This document shows positions 16,508 to 24,540 of a DNA stretch of 34,557 nt, piece after piece. Below the pieces are notes generated by a model. That model was not told the origin of the DNA, did no database searches, and worked only from the letters and a program-made list of their open reading frames with translations. Position numbers and translations under genes: made by a program. The stretch comes from an uncultured Gammaproteobacteria bacterium (GTDB lineage Bacteria; Patescibacteriota; Microgenomatia; Curtissbacterales; GWA2-41-24): NCBI GenBank assembly GCA_964511055.1, contig CAZEDQ010000006.1, positions 1-34,557 of the forward strand. Direction: 5' to 3'. Positions within the stretch are counted from its first letter, which is position 1. Each line of letters opens with the position of its first letter.

Positions 16508-18358
16508 TTAATCTATTGTAGCATATATTCGCCTAATTCCAGACCCTGCCGATTCCTCTTTATTGATCTTAAAATTGTTTAACTCGCCGGTTGATTTGGC
16601 GTGTGGCCCTCCGCAAAATTCTTTGGAAAAAGCTAGTTTGGGATCTGGTGACTGGCCAATAAAGTAGATATTAACTAAATCGCCGTATTTTTCGCGGAAC
16701 AGCCCGATTGCCCCAATTTCATCAGCTACCCCCTTGGGCATTGTTTCCTGACGGACCGGAAGGTTTTCTCTGATTTTTTGGTTAACCAAATCTTCGACAG
16801 ATTTTATTTGTTGATCTGTTAATTTTTCGTGATGAACAAAGTCGAAACGCAGACGCTCGTTTGTGATGTGTGACCCGGTTTGATGGACATGTTCTCCTAA
16901 TACCTCGCGTAGTGCCTGATGCAAAATATGGGTTGCGGTGTGATATTTGGCCGCAGTATCACTTTGGATGGCAAGCCCACCTTTGGTTTTTTCGCCTGCC
17001 GATCTTGAAAGTTCCTGATGGGTTTTTAATAATTTTTCAAAACCCGCTGAATTGACTTTTTTATTTTTTTCTTTGGCAAGCTCGACAGTTAACTCAATCG
17101 GAAAACCGAAATTCTGGTAAAGGTCGAAGGCATTTTGGGCGGAGATATTCCCGGAGATTTTTTCAAAATGTTTGATGCCAACATCCAGCGCTTTTTTAAA
17201 TTTTTGTTCTTCCTTTTGGAGTTCTTGAGTGATTAATTCCTGATGTTCGGAAAGACTAGGATAAATATCTCCATAAGTTTTGATAACCATCTTTGACAAG
17301 TCTCGTAAAAATTCCTGATCAATCTTTAAAAGGGCTGCATGGCGGATGGTGCGTCTTATAAGGCGGCGGAGGATGTAACCGCGATCAACATTTGACGGTG
17401 TGACACTGTCCGCAATTAAAAAGACTGATGCGCGGATATGGTCGGCGACAATTCGAGCGGATGATTCAATAAACACTGATGATAAATCCTCGATTTTTTT
17501 CATTAGCGGCAGGAAAACATCGGTTTCGTAAATTGACGGGACATTTTGTAAAACCGTTAAGATGCGCTCGAGACCCATTCCTGTGTCAACATTTTTTTGC
17601 TTGAGTTCGGAATATGATCCATCGTTATTCCTTTCGTACTGCATAAAAACGTCATTCCAGATTTCGACGAATCGCTGATTGTTTACCGAGGGATCAATTG
17701 GTGATTTTGAAGCTGGATTTGTGTCATAAAACATCTCCGTGTCAGGCCCTTGGGGCCCCGGTTTTTCACCGCCTGTCGGCCACCAGTTGTCCCCTTTGCC
17801 GTATTTGGCGATATGGTTTTCGGGAACTCCAAGTGTTTTCCATGTGTCGAAGGATTCCTGATCGAATGGAGCATCTTCGTCCCCTGCAAAAACTGAAACA
17901 TAAATCCGTTTTGCGTCGAGTTTTAGCTTATTGATCAAGAACTCATACGACCATGAGATTGCTTCTTTTTTCCAATACCCGCCTAGACTCGTCGAGGCTG
18001 GCCCGCCTTGTCCGATGCCGTCTCGCCTCGATCCGGCGGAGCGGGCAGGCGAGGCAGGATCACCCAGTGACCAGTTGCCGAGCATTTCGAAAAAAGTGTT
18101 ATGGGTAGTATCGCCAACATCGTCAATATCATCGGTACGCAAACATTTTTGGATGTTGACCAGGCGTTTGCCCTCCGGATGAGTTTTTCCTAATAAATAA
18201 GGAATTAAAGGATGCATTCCAGCAGTGGTAAAAAGCACACGTTCTGTTCCTGCAAGTTCGACTTCTTCTGGTGGAATTAGGGATGCTGACGGGATGATTT
18301 TATGTCCCTTACTTTGGAAAAATTTTAAATACTTCTGTCGAAGTTCTAAAGATGTCAT
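16508..18358 (-). CDS. alaS: alanine--tRNA ligase, short form lacking the C-Ala domain
   Basis: Contains LRQKYLKFFQSKGHKIIPSASLIP and FTTAGMHPLIPYLLG. FEMLGNWSLGD is followed by a 26-aa insert and then GYWKKEAISWSYEFL. Editing-domain motifs HTATHILHQALREVLG and CGGPH are present. The protein ends at 616 aa, right after the editing domain. Confidence 0.95.
   Translation of the reverse strand: MTSLELRQKYLKFFQSKGHKIIPSASLIPPEEVELAGTERVLFTTAGMHPLIPYLLGKTHPEGKRLVNIQKCLRTDDIDDVGDTTHNTFFEMLGNWSLGDPASPARSAGSRRDGIGQGGPASTSLGGYWKKEAISWSYEFLINKLKLDAKRIYVSVFAGDEDAPFDQESFDTWKTLGVPENHIAKYGKGDNWWPTGGEKPGPQGPDTEMFYDTNPASKSPIDPSVNNQRFVEIWNDVFMQYERNNDGSYSELKQKNVDTGMGLERILTVLQNVPSIYETDVFLPLMKKIEDLSSVFIESSARIVADHIRASVFLIADSVTPSNVDRGYILRRLIRRTIRHAALLKIDQEFLRDLSKMVIKTYGDIYPSLSEHQELITQELQKEEQKFKKALDVGIKHFEKISGNISAQNAFDLYQNFGFPIELTVELAKEKNKKVNSAGFEKLLKTHQELSRSAGEKTKGGLAIQSDTAAKYHTATHILHQALREVLGEHVHQTGSHITNERLRFDFVHHEKLTDQQIKSVEDLVNQKIRENLPVRQETMPKGVADEIGAIGLFREKYGDLVNIYFIGQSPDPKLAFSKEFCGGPHAKSTGELNNFKINKEESAGSGIRRIYATID
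17981..18058 (-). other. 78-nt GC-rich in-frame insertion inside alaS (encodes PASPARSAGSRRDGIGQGGPASTSLG)
   Basis: 57 of 78 nt are G or C by direct count, within visibly AT-rich flanks. The insert splits the conserved FEMLGNxSxGDYxKKEAI block. It contains short inverted repeats: ctcgcct/aggcgag and gcccgc/gcgggc. Confidence 0.7.
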
Positions 18359-18412
18359 TTGAGGTTAATTATATTCGCTTTGCTCATGTAATTTCTTTTA
18401 AATTATAGCAGT

Positions 18413-18442
18413 AAAAAAAACAGGTTGCCCTAAAGCAACCTG
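18413..18442 (-). terminator. rho-independent terminator after dapA
   Basis: Minus strand reads caggttgc-tttagg-gcaacctg, an 8-bp stem, followed by eight T residues. It lies 30 nt downstream of the dapA stop. Confidence 0.7.
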
Positions 18443-18471
18443 GAAAAATTAGATTGACTGTAATTTTACCT

Positions 18472-19425
18472 CTACGGTCCATTGGTAAGGTCATATTCTG
18501 CAAGAAGAACCTGAAGCCTAGCTTTGTATGAATCGGGTACTTCAACTAATGGTAATCTCAAGCCACCCACCTCCATTCCGGTAATATTAAGCATTGCTTT
18601 TACAGAAGCCGGTGATGGTTCCGGTGAGGTTGGCGGAAACAGAGCTTCAAAGAGCGGCATTAAGCGGTCGTGTAATTGTTGTGCCTGTTCGTCCTCCCCA
18701 ACGACGTGGTGATTAATCATTCTGCTGATTAAATCTCCGGTCAAATGGCTTGCTACAGACACAACACCATAAGCACCTTGCCTCATCATTGGTAAAGTGT
18801 CCTGGTCATTTCCGCTCCAAATTTCAAAACCCTCGGTCCGATTTTCCAGAATGAGGGCAATTTGAACCTCTCCAGTGATTTTGTCTTCTCCATTTTTCAC
18901 TTCAGTTTTTAAACCAACGGCTTCTTTATCACCGACAATATTTCCATATTCCCTATCAAGCCTTTCAACTGTTCTTGCTTCAAGATTAACCCCGGTTCTC
19001 GATGGAACGTTGTAAAGTATCAGAGGTAAATCGACAGCTTCAGCAATTGCTGCAAAGTGCCTAAATAATCCCTCCTGTGTTGGTTTATTGTAATAAGGAG
19101 TAACTAATAATAAACCTTGGGCGCCTTCAGCTTGGGCTTGTCTTGAAAGATCAATACTTTGTGCGGTTGAGTTTGTTCCAGTTCCTGCAATCACTTTTGC
19201 TCGGCCGCCGACACCTTTTTGAGCGGCATTTATAAGTATTCTTCTTTCCCTTTCCGTTAAGGTTGGTGATTCCCCAGTTGTTCCGGTAACAACGACAGTC
19301 GTTGTGCCCGTATCAACTAGGTGTGTTGCTAACCTTTCCGCTTGTTCAACATTCAATTCCCCGTTTCTACCAAATGGAGAAACCATTGCCGTATGTAATC
19401 TTCCAAATTGATCTGCTTCTTTCAT
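18472..19425 (-). CDS. dapA: 4-hydroxy-tetrahydrodipicolinate synthase
   Basis: 317 aa. Contains TAMVSPF...VVVTGTTGESPTLT, LLVTPYYNKPTQEGLFRHF and YNVPSRTG, with the active-site Lys context GDKEA. Its ATG overlaps the dapB stop. Confidence 0.9.
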   Translation of the reverse strand: MKEADQFGRLHTAMVSPFGRNGELNVEQAERLATHLVDTGTTTVVVTGTTGESPTLTERERRILINAAQKGVGGRAKVIAGTGTNSTAQSIDLSRQAQAEGAQGLLLVTPYYNKPTQEGLFRHFAAIAEAVDLPLILYNVPSRTGVNLEARTVERLDREYGNIVGDKEAVGLKTEVKNGEDKITGEVQIALILENRTEGFEIWSGNDQDTLPMMRQGAYGVVSVASHLTGDLISRMINHHVVGEDEQAQQLHDRLMPLFEALFPPTSPEPSPASVKAMLNITGMEVGGLRLPLVEVPDSYKARLQVLLAEYDLTNGP

Positions 19426-20291
19426 GCTGCCCTCCTTAAATCCTGGACAACGTCGCGCATTGTAAAGACTTGGCCTCTTGCGCCCTCTTGCATTCTTCTG
19501 TGTAAGAATTCGGCAGCAGCTAGTGTACCGTCAACATATGACTCCCTACCGTTAATTTTAGTTTCGAATCTGTAGATATGTTCCCCGTTTGGATTGGTAA
19601 CCCATATCCAGTGATAGCCGTGGCCAGCATCCGGATTGGGGATTCCAAGCGACAGTTGTGCTTCTGTATCACGAATGCTTTCTATCGGCGCAACTTCTGC
19701 TCCATGTCTTTCAAATTGTGCTTTAAAAGCCAGTGCCGTCCCGCTAATATCCCTTTTTGTTTTTTGATGGCTTTCACGAATGTGAACACTTGAACCCCTA
19801 AAAAAATCCGGGTCAAATTCTGCTATTTGGTCAATTTCAATCTGCCTTGAGATGACGTCCATATTCATATTTGGCGCAATAACCGCGCTGATTTCACTGT
19901 TTCTGACCATCTCTTCAATTGCATCCCTGTTACCACCGGTTGTACCCATAACAAAGGGTATTCTTCGCTGTGTGTAGTTTATTGCGTTTATTTCAGCACT
20001 TTGGGGAGTAGTGAAGTCAATGGCAATCGTTCCTTCGGGAAGATCAAGGGGGTAATAGTTCAATAAGTTAACCCTTCGACCATTATTTAGCCTTTGACTC
20101 GTGTTCCTTTGCCTTTCAGAAGTAGTTGCAAAAGGTAAAAGGTTGAACCGGGCATCTTGTGACAGCGCTTCTGCCGTAAGCGTCGCCATATTACCAGGAA
20201 GACCGGAAACAAGTATGGGAGTTGCACCGTTTGTTGCTTCCGTCTCAATGTGATGTCCTAAAAGTTCATTCATATTGAGTGAATTAAACAT
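19422..20291 (-). CDS. dapB: 4-hydroxy-tetrahydrodipicolinate reductase (divergent form)
   Basis: Contains ILVSGLPGNMA (dinucleotide-binding loop), PFVMGTTGG, VIAPNMN and ESHQKTKRDISGTALAF (compare the canonical E-x-HH-x-K-x-D-x-PSGTA). The start is either ATG at 20291 or GTG at 20294. Confidence 0.8.
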   Translation of the reverse strand: MFNSLNMNELLGHHIETEATNGATPILVSGLPGNMATLTAEALSQDARFNLLPFATTSERQRNTSQRLNNGRRVNLLNYYPLDLPEGTIAIDFTTPQSAEINAINYTQRRIPFVMGTTGGNRDAIEEMVRNSEISAVIAPNMNMDVISRQIEIDQIAEFDPDFFRGSSVHIRESHQKTKRDISGTALAFKAQFERHGAEVAPIESIRDTEAQLSLGIPNPDAGHGYHWIWVTNPNGEHIYRFETKINGRESYVDGTLAAAEFLHRRMQEGARGQVFTMRDVVQDLRRAA

Positions 20292-20325
20292 CACATTTAT
20301 AATATAGTCAAATTTTTAACAATAC

Positions 20326-20354
20326 TTGACAATTTTTGTATATTTTGTTAAATT
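20326..20354 (+). promoter_or_regulatory. candidate promoter of the ACT-domain gene, near-leaderless
   Basis: TTGACA (20326-20331), a 17-nt spacer ending in TGT (extended -10 like), then TAAATT (20349-20354). The ATG at 20366 is only 11 nt beyond the -10 element. Confidence 0.4.
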
Positions 20355-20365
20355 ATTAACAATAC

Positions 20366-21013
20366 ATGATCTCAACTACTACAGTTGTCGAGGAGTTGAT
20401 TAAAAAATCGCCGTTTATGGAAACAGCGATTGCTGAAGACTTAGTAAATTTTTCTTCTCTTGCCCGCTATCTAAAGCCAGAGATTGAAAAACGCCTATTT
20501 AAAGATATTAAAGAGGGCGCAATTATAATGGCTCTAAAAAGGGCGTCTGTTAGTTTAAAAAAATCGGTTCCCAAAGGGGATCAGGTTTTAAAAAATTTGG
20601 GCGACATTACAATTCGCTCCAACCTGGTTGATTATACTTTTTTGAATTCACCAACGCTGGGAGATGCCCAAAACAAAATTCTTGAGAGAACTGCCGGAAG
20701 AAAAGATATTTTTATAACCGTTTCCCATGGGATAAGCCAAGTTACCGTAATTGCGAGTGAGGCGGTTGAAAATGATATCAAGGAGATATTTAAAAATGAA
20801 GCCGCAATTTGTAGTATTGGTGGTTTGTCGTCTCTTACAATCAGAATTCCTGAAGAGGCTACAAAAACTCCCGGTGTTTTATATTCAATTTTAAAAGTAT
20901 TGGCTTGGGAAGGAATTAATATGATTGAAACAATCTCAACTTATACAGAACTCACAATTGTTTTGGGCGCTAAAGATATCGAGAGGGCTTTTTCTTTGCT
21001 GAAAAATACGTAG
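20366..21013 (+). CDS. stand-alone ACT-domain protein resembling the aspartokinase regulatory region
   Basis: 215 aa, and the only plus-strand gene in the window. The C-terminal segment GGLSSLTIRIPEEATKTPGVLYSILKVLAWEGINMIETISTYTELTIVLGAKDIERAFSLLKN follows the aspartokinase ACT pattern (GINIxMIS..E..IS.vv). No kinase domain is present. Confidence 0.6.
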   Translation: MISTTTVVEELIKKSPFMETAIAEDLVNFSSLARYLKPEIEKRLFKDIKEGAIIMALKRASVSLKKSVPKGDQVLKNLGDITIRSNLVDYTFLNSPTLGDAQNKILERTAGRKDIFITVSHGISQVTVIASEAVENDIKEIFKNEAAICSIGGLSSLTIRIPEEATKTPGVLYSILKVLAWEGINMIETISTYTELTIVLGAKDIERAFSLLKNT

Positions 21014-21031
21014 TTAATCTGTTTTTGCTGC

Positions 21032-21400
21032 TTAGGATTCGTTTTTGGGGTGGCTTTTTTTGGAGAAAAAGAAGTGGCGGCCTTTTTTCTGGATAGCCTC
21101 AATTTGTTCTGGCACTTCGCGGAGGATTTCGCCGGTTGAGTCGACTGCTGTCTGGGCAGCATCAATTATTTGATCTTTTCCGTGCTCCAGTTCTTTTTTT
21201 ATCTCCTTTTTACCCTCTTTTATCTGTCCGGGTGCTTCCTCTATTTCCTCGGATATTGTATCAATCAGTCTTGCACCTTCCTCTAAAAGTTCGTCTTTAA
21301 TTTTCCTGCCGGTTTTGGTTGCAAAAAGAAAGGTAACTACTGCTCCAAAAACTGCACCAGTTATAAAAGTATTTAGAGAGCTACTTTTCTCTTCGTTCAT
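21032..21400 (-). CDS. YtxH-like membrane-anchored protein
   Basis: 122 aa. The N-terminal hydrophobic segment followed by TKTGRKIKDELLEEG is typical of YtxH-family proteins. The rest is a charged helical tail. Confidence 0.65.
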   Translation of the reverse strand: MNEEKSSSLNTFITGAVFGAVVTFLFATKTGRKIKDELLEEGARLIDTISEEIEEAPGQIKEGKKEIKKELEHGKDQIIDAAQTAVDSTGEILREVPEQIEAIQKKGRHFFFSKKSHPKNES

Positions 21401-21659
21401 GTTTTTCCTCCTCCTTAAATTTTTTTAGAAAATGGGCAATGCCGGCACCGGTTGTTATTGCTGATATGATACTGTTTGCAGATTCAATCGGTTTTTTTAT
21501 TTGTGTCACAAAATCCTGGGTATCGTCCAATATCCTGTTTGTTTTTTTGAGTGTAAGCCTCAGTTCTTTTAAGACGAAAAAAAGCTGATAGCCGATAATG
21601 GCCAAGAAGATTGTCAGGACTATTATGACCGTGAGAATAATTGCTTGTGTTGTGTCCAT
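21381..21659 (-). CDS. DUF948-like small membrane protein
   Basis: A TM helix (AIILTVIIVLTIFLAIIGYQLFFVL) is followed by a helical region. The pairing with a YtxH-like gene resembles ytxG-ytxH. The ATG at 21659 is preferred over the TTG at 21665. Overlaps the next gene by 20 nt. Confidence 0.55.
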   Translation of the reverse strand: MDTTQAIILTVIIVLTIFLAIIGYQLFFVLKELRLTLKKTNRILDDTQDFVTQIKKPIESANSIISAITTGAGIAHFLKKFKEEEKHERREK

Positions 21660-21702
21660 GGGCAAGTATGCTAAACGTTTTAAGTCGTTTAGCGTAATTG
21701 TA

Positions 21703-21731
21703 GGTATACTTTAACTTGCAATTTTTGTCAA
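21703..21731 (-). promoter_or_regulatory. candidate promoter for the DUF948/YtxH pair
   Basis: Read on the minus strand: TTGACA (21726-21731), 17-nt spacer, TATACC (21703-21708). An 8-bp hairpin (gctaaacg/cgtttagc, 21670-21693) lies in the predicted leader. Confidence 0.35.
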
Positions 21732-21748
21732 TGACAATTAACACAAAT

Positions 21749-22375
21749 TTAACGAATAAGCCTGATAGTCCTTGTTATTTTTGCCTTTGGAGAGAGACGT
21801 TTGGCGGCTATTACTTCAATTACATTTTTGCCTTCCGAGAGCGAGTACTCTTTGGAAAAATTACCCTGGCCGTCAACAGGCACAAATTGGCCTTCTATTG
21901 AAACAGTTGCTTCGGAATCGGTCTTACCGATAATTTGGGCAACAGGAACAGATGTTGTTTCGTCTGCCGGTGGTGATATTACTTCCAGTTTAGGCGCTGA
22001 AAGAATTGAGGAAAAAGTAATCCCGATGTAGGCAATGAAGATTAAAATTGCAGATATAAATAAGATGTTTATTATTCGACTTGGAGTTAAAAAAAGCCTT
22101 TTTTCTGCCCTGGGGTTTGGCCGCGGTTTTTGAAATTTTGACTCGTCGAATTCGCGGCGGTAAATAGCCAAAACATGTACAGGATCAAGACCCAGATAGT
22201 TTGCGTAGGTTTTTATGAAACCTTTTACAAAAGTCGGCTCGGGCAAATCTGGCCAATTTTGGTTTTCGAGTGCTTCGATGTGTTCCTTTTTAATAAGAAG
22301 GTCGGCTGCGGCGCGGATTTGCGAGATGTGTTTTTTTTTGCGTGCTTCCTGGAGAATTTCGCCTAGCCTTTTCAT
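21749..22375 (-). CDS. rodZ: RodZ-like cytoskeleton-associated protein (HTH + TM)
   Basis: N-terminal Xre-type HTH (LGEILQEARKKKHISQIRAAADL) is followed by VKGFIKTYANYLGLD, a single TM helix and a C-terminal beta-rich domain. Confidence 0.75.
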   Translation of the reverse strand: MKRLGEILQEARKKKHISQIRAAADLLIKKEHIEALENQNWPDLPEPTFVKGFIKTYANYLGLDPVHVLAIYRREFDESKFQKPRPNPRAEKRLFLTPSRIINILFISAILIFIAYIGITFSSILSAPKLEVISPPADETTSVPVAQIIGKTDSEATVSIEGQFVPVDGQGNFSKEYSLSEGKNVIEVIAAKRLSPKAKITRTIRLIR

Positions 22376-22380
22376 TCTAG

Positions 22381-24501
22381 CTATAAATTAGCTTCAGACT
22401 GGCTCTGGGCTTGGGCTTGAAAATAGTCATCCGGATTTTTTACCAATACGTCTCTTGGTTTTGAACCGTCTCCGGGACCTACAATACCTGCCATCTCCAG
22501 TTCGTCCAAAAGCCTTGCTGCACGAGCATAACCGATCCTAAGCCTTCTTTGCAAAAGAGAAGCAGACGCCCTATCGTATTGACAAATTGTGCGGACTGCC
22601 TCTTCGAAAAGATCGTCTTGGTCGCCGCTTGTGCCGGGTGTACCTTTCATTTTACCGATAGGCATGTGAATCACTTCTTCGGTATATTCGGGAGTAATGC
22701 CGGAACTTTTAAGGAATCCGATTAGATTTCTAATTTCGGTATCAGAAACATAAACACCTTGAATTCTCATTGGTTTTGAGGCATCGGGCGGAACATAAAG
22801 CATATCCCCTTTCCCAAGAAGTTTTTCGGCGCCTGGCTGGTCAATTATTACCCTTGAATCAACCATTGAAGATACGTTAAATGCGATGCGGCATGGAATG
22901 TTCGCTTTTATAAGGCCGGTAATTACGTCAACGGAGGGCCTTTGGGTTGCAAGAACCAAATGTATTCCGGTTGCCCTGGCCATGGCAGCAAGACGGACAA
23001 TTGTGTCTTCAACCTCAACAGGTGCAAATTCCATTAAGTTCTGCAGCTCGTCGATAACGATGACAATATATGGTAAGGCTTGAAAACCGGAAAGCTCATT
23101 AAAGCTGGCAATGTTTCTGACTTGGGCATCATGGAACATTTTGTAGCGCCTGTCCATTTCGGTTGTTGCCCACTTTAGGGCCGAAAGAATTTTTTCCGGC
23201 TCGACTATGACCGGAGTTAGTAAGTGAGGAATATCGTTATATTCGGTTAATTCAACGCGCTTTGGGTCAACCAGTATAAGTTTCACTTCCTGTGGGCTTG
23301 CCCTAAAAAGAAGAGTGGCAATTAAGGCATTTATAAGTACCGATTTGCCGGAACCGGTTGTACCGGCAACTAAAACGTGAGGAAGCCGGGCAACGTCGGT
23401 TATTACCGGATTGCCGGAAACATCAAGCCCAAGACCTACTGCTAGCTTTGATTTGTTGGCACGCATATTGCCGTTTGAAAGAATATTTTTGAGGGAGACC
23501 ATTTCCGGTGAAATGTTGGGGATTTCAATTCCTACCAAGGATTTGCCCGGAATTGGGGCTTCTACTCGGACGTTGCCGGTTGAAGTTGCCAGTGCTAATG
23601 CCAAATCGTTTTGGAGCGCTAATATTTTTGAGAGTTTTGTACCCATCGGAATTTCTAAAGCGTATTGGGTGATAGTTGGACCCAAGTTTACTTCTACAAC
23701 CTTGGCAGTTATACCAAAACTTTCCAAGGTCTTTTCGATAGTGTGGGCATTTTGCTTTAAATTGCCGCGGTTGGCCTGGGCTCCGCGACTTTCTGCAAGT
23801 AGAGAAAGAGGTGGATACTGCCAAATTTTATTTTGGCCGGGGGAATTTACAACAACACTTTGTGTTAGTCCTTCCTGCTTTTGGTTAACAGGCGAATCGA
23901 GGTTTCTGGGAAGATGAATTCTCTCTGTAGTTTGCCCGGATTTTGTTATAAATTTTGGTTTTGCGGCCCTGAAAATCAGGCGTTTTAAAGCGCCTATAAT
24001 ACTTGAGAGTTTTTTAAATATCCAAGCCACAACTTTTGCAACTTGTTCCAGGCTTGTATTTGCGGCAATGACACTTGTTGCCAGAAAGGCGAAAAACAGA
24101 ACAACAAAGGCACCGACCGGGGTTAAAAGCGATTTTGAGACTTGCCAGAGCGAGGCCCCCAGAACTCCGGACAAATTATCCGAAAAAGCAGCAACCAGCC
24201 CTAAAAAAGAAAGGGCTGCGCCGACTGATCCTGCTATGACATTAGGTTTTGAGAACTTGATTTTTATTGAAAGTAAAGGAAAACTAATTAATATTACTAC
24301 GAGAGGCACGAAGATAACCCCAATCCCGAATAAGTTATAGAAATAATCTTTTAACGATTGCAGGGCGCCAGTTTTGGTAAAGAGCGATACCGTGAGTAGC
24401 AGGGAAAAAGCAATGAGTGCGATGCCAAGTACGGTTACAATTGTTTTTTTCTCCAGATGAACGGGTGCAGATTTAGCTCTTTTGTATTTACGCTTTTTCA
24501 T
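22381..24501 (-). CDS. ftsK: DNA translocase FtsK/SpoIIIE
   Basis: 706 aa. Has N-terminal TM helices, Walker A VAGTTGSGKS, Walker B IVIDELQNLM, and a C-terminal gamma winged helix (LLQRRLRIGYARAARLLDELEMAGIVGP). Confidence 0.95.
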   Translation of the reverse strand: MKKRKYKRAKSAPVHLEKKTIVTVLGIALIAFSLLLTVSLFTKTGALQSLKDYFYNLFGIGVIFVPLVVILISFPLLSIKIKFSKPNVIAGSVGAALSFLGLVAAFSDNLSGVLGASLWQVSKSLLTPVGAFVVLFFAFLATSVIAANTSLEQVAKVVAWIFKKLSSIIGALKRLIFRAAKPKFITKSGQTTERIHLPRNLDSPVNQKQEGLTQSVVVNSPGQNKIWQYPPLSLLAESRGAQANRGNLKQNAHTIEKTLESFGITAKVVEVNLGPTITQYALEIPMGTKLSKILALQNDLALALATSTGNVRVEAPIPGKSLVGIEIPNISPEMVSLKNILSNGNMRANKSKLAVGLGLDVSGNPVITDVARLPHVLVAGTTGSGKSVLINALIATLLFRASPQEVKLILVDPKRVELTEYNDIPHLLTPVIVEPEKILSALKWATTEMDRRYKMFHDAQVRNIASFNELSGFQALPYIVIVIDELQNLMEFAPVEVEDTIVRLAAMARATGIHLVLATQRPSVDVITGLIKANIPCRIAFNVSSMVDSRVIIDQPGAEKLLGKGDMLYVPPDASKPMRIQGVYVSDTEIRNLIGFLKSSGITPEYTEEVIHMPIGKMKGTPGTSGDQDDLFEEAVRTICQYDRASASLLQRRLRIGYARAARLLDELEMAGIVGPGDGSKPRDVLVKNPDDYFQAQAQSQSEANL

Positions 24502-24540
24502 CCTTTTTTATTTTACATCAAATACCAGTAAAAATGCTAT

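Noticed and set aside
17981-18070. SLG ... SLG peptide duplication flanking the alaS insert as a target-site duplication
   Set aside because: The two SLG tripeptides use different codons (tca ctg ggt versus agt cta ggc), so there is no nucleotide-level direct repeat.
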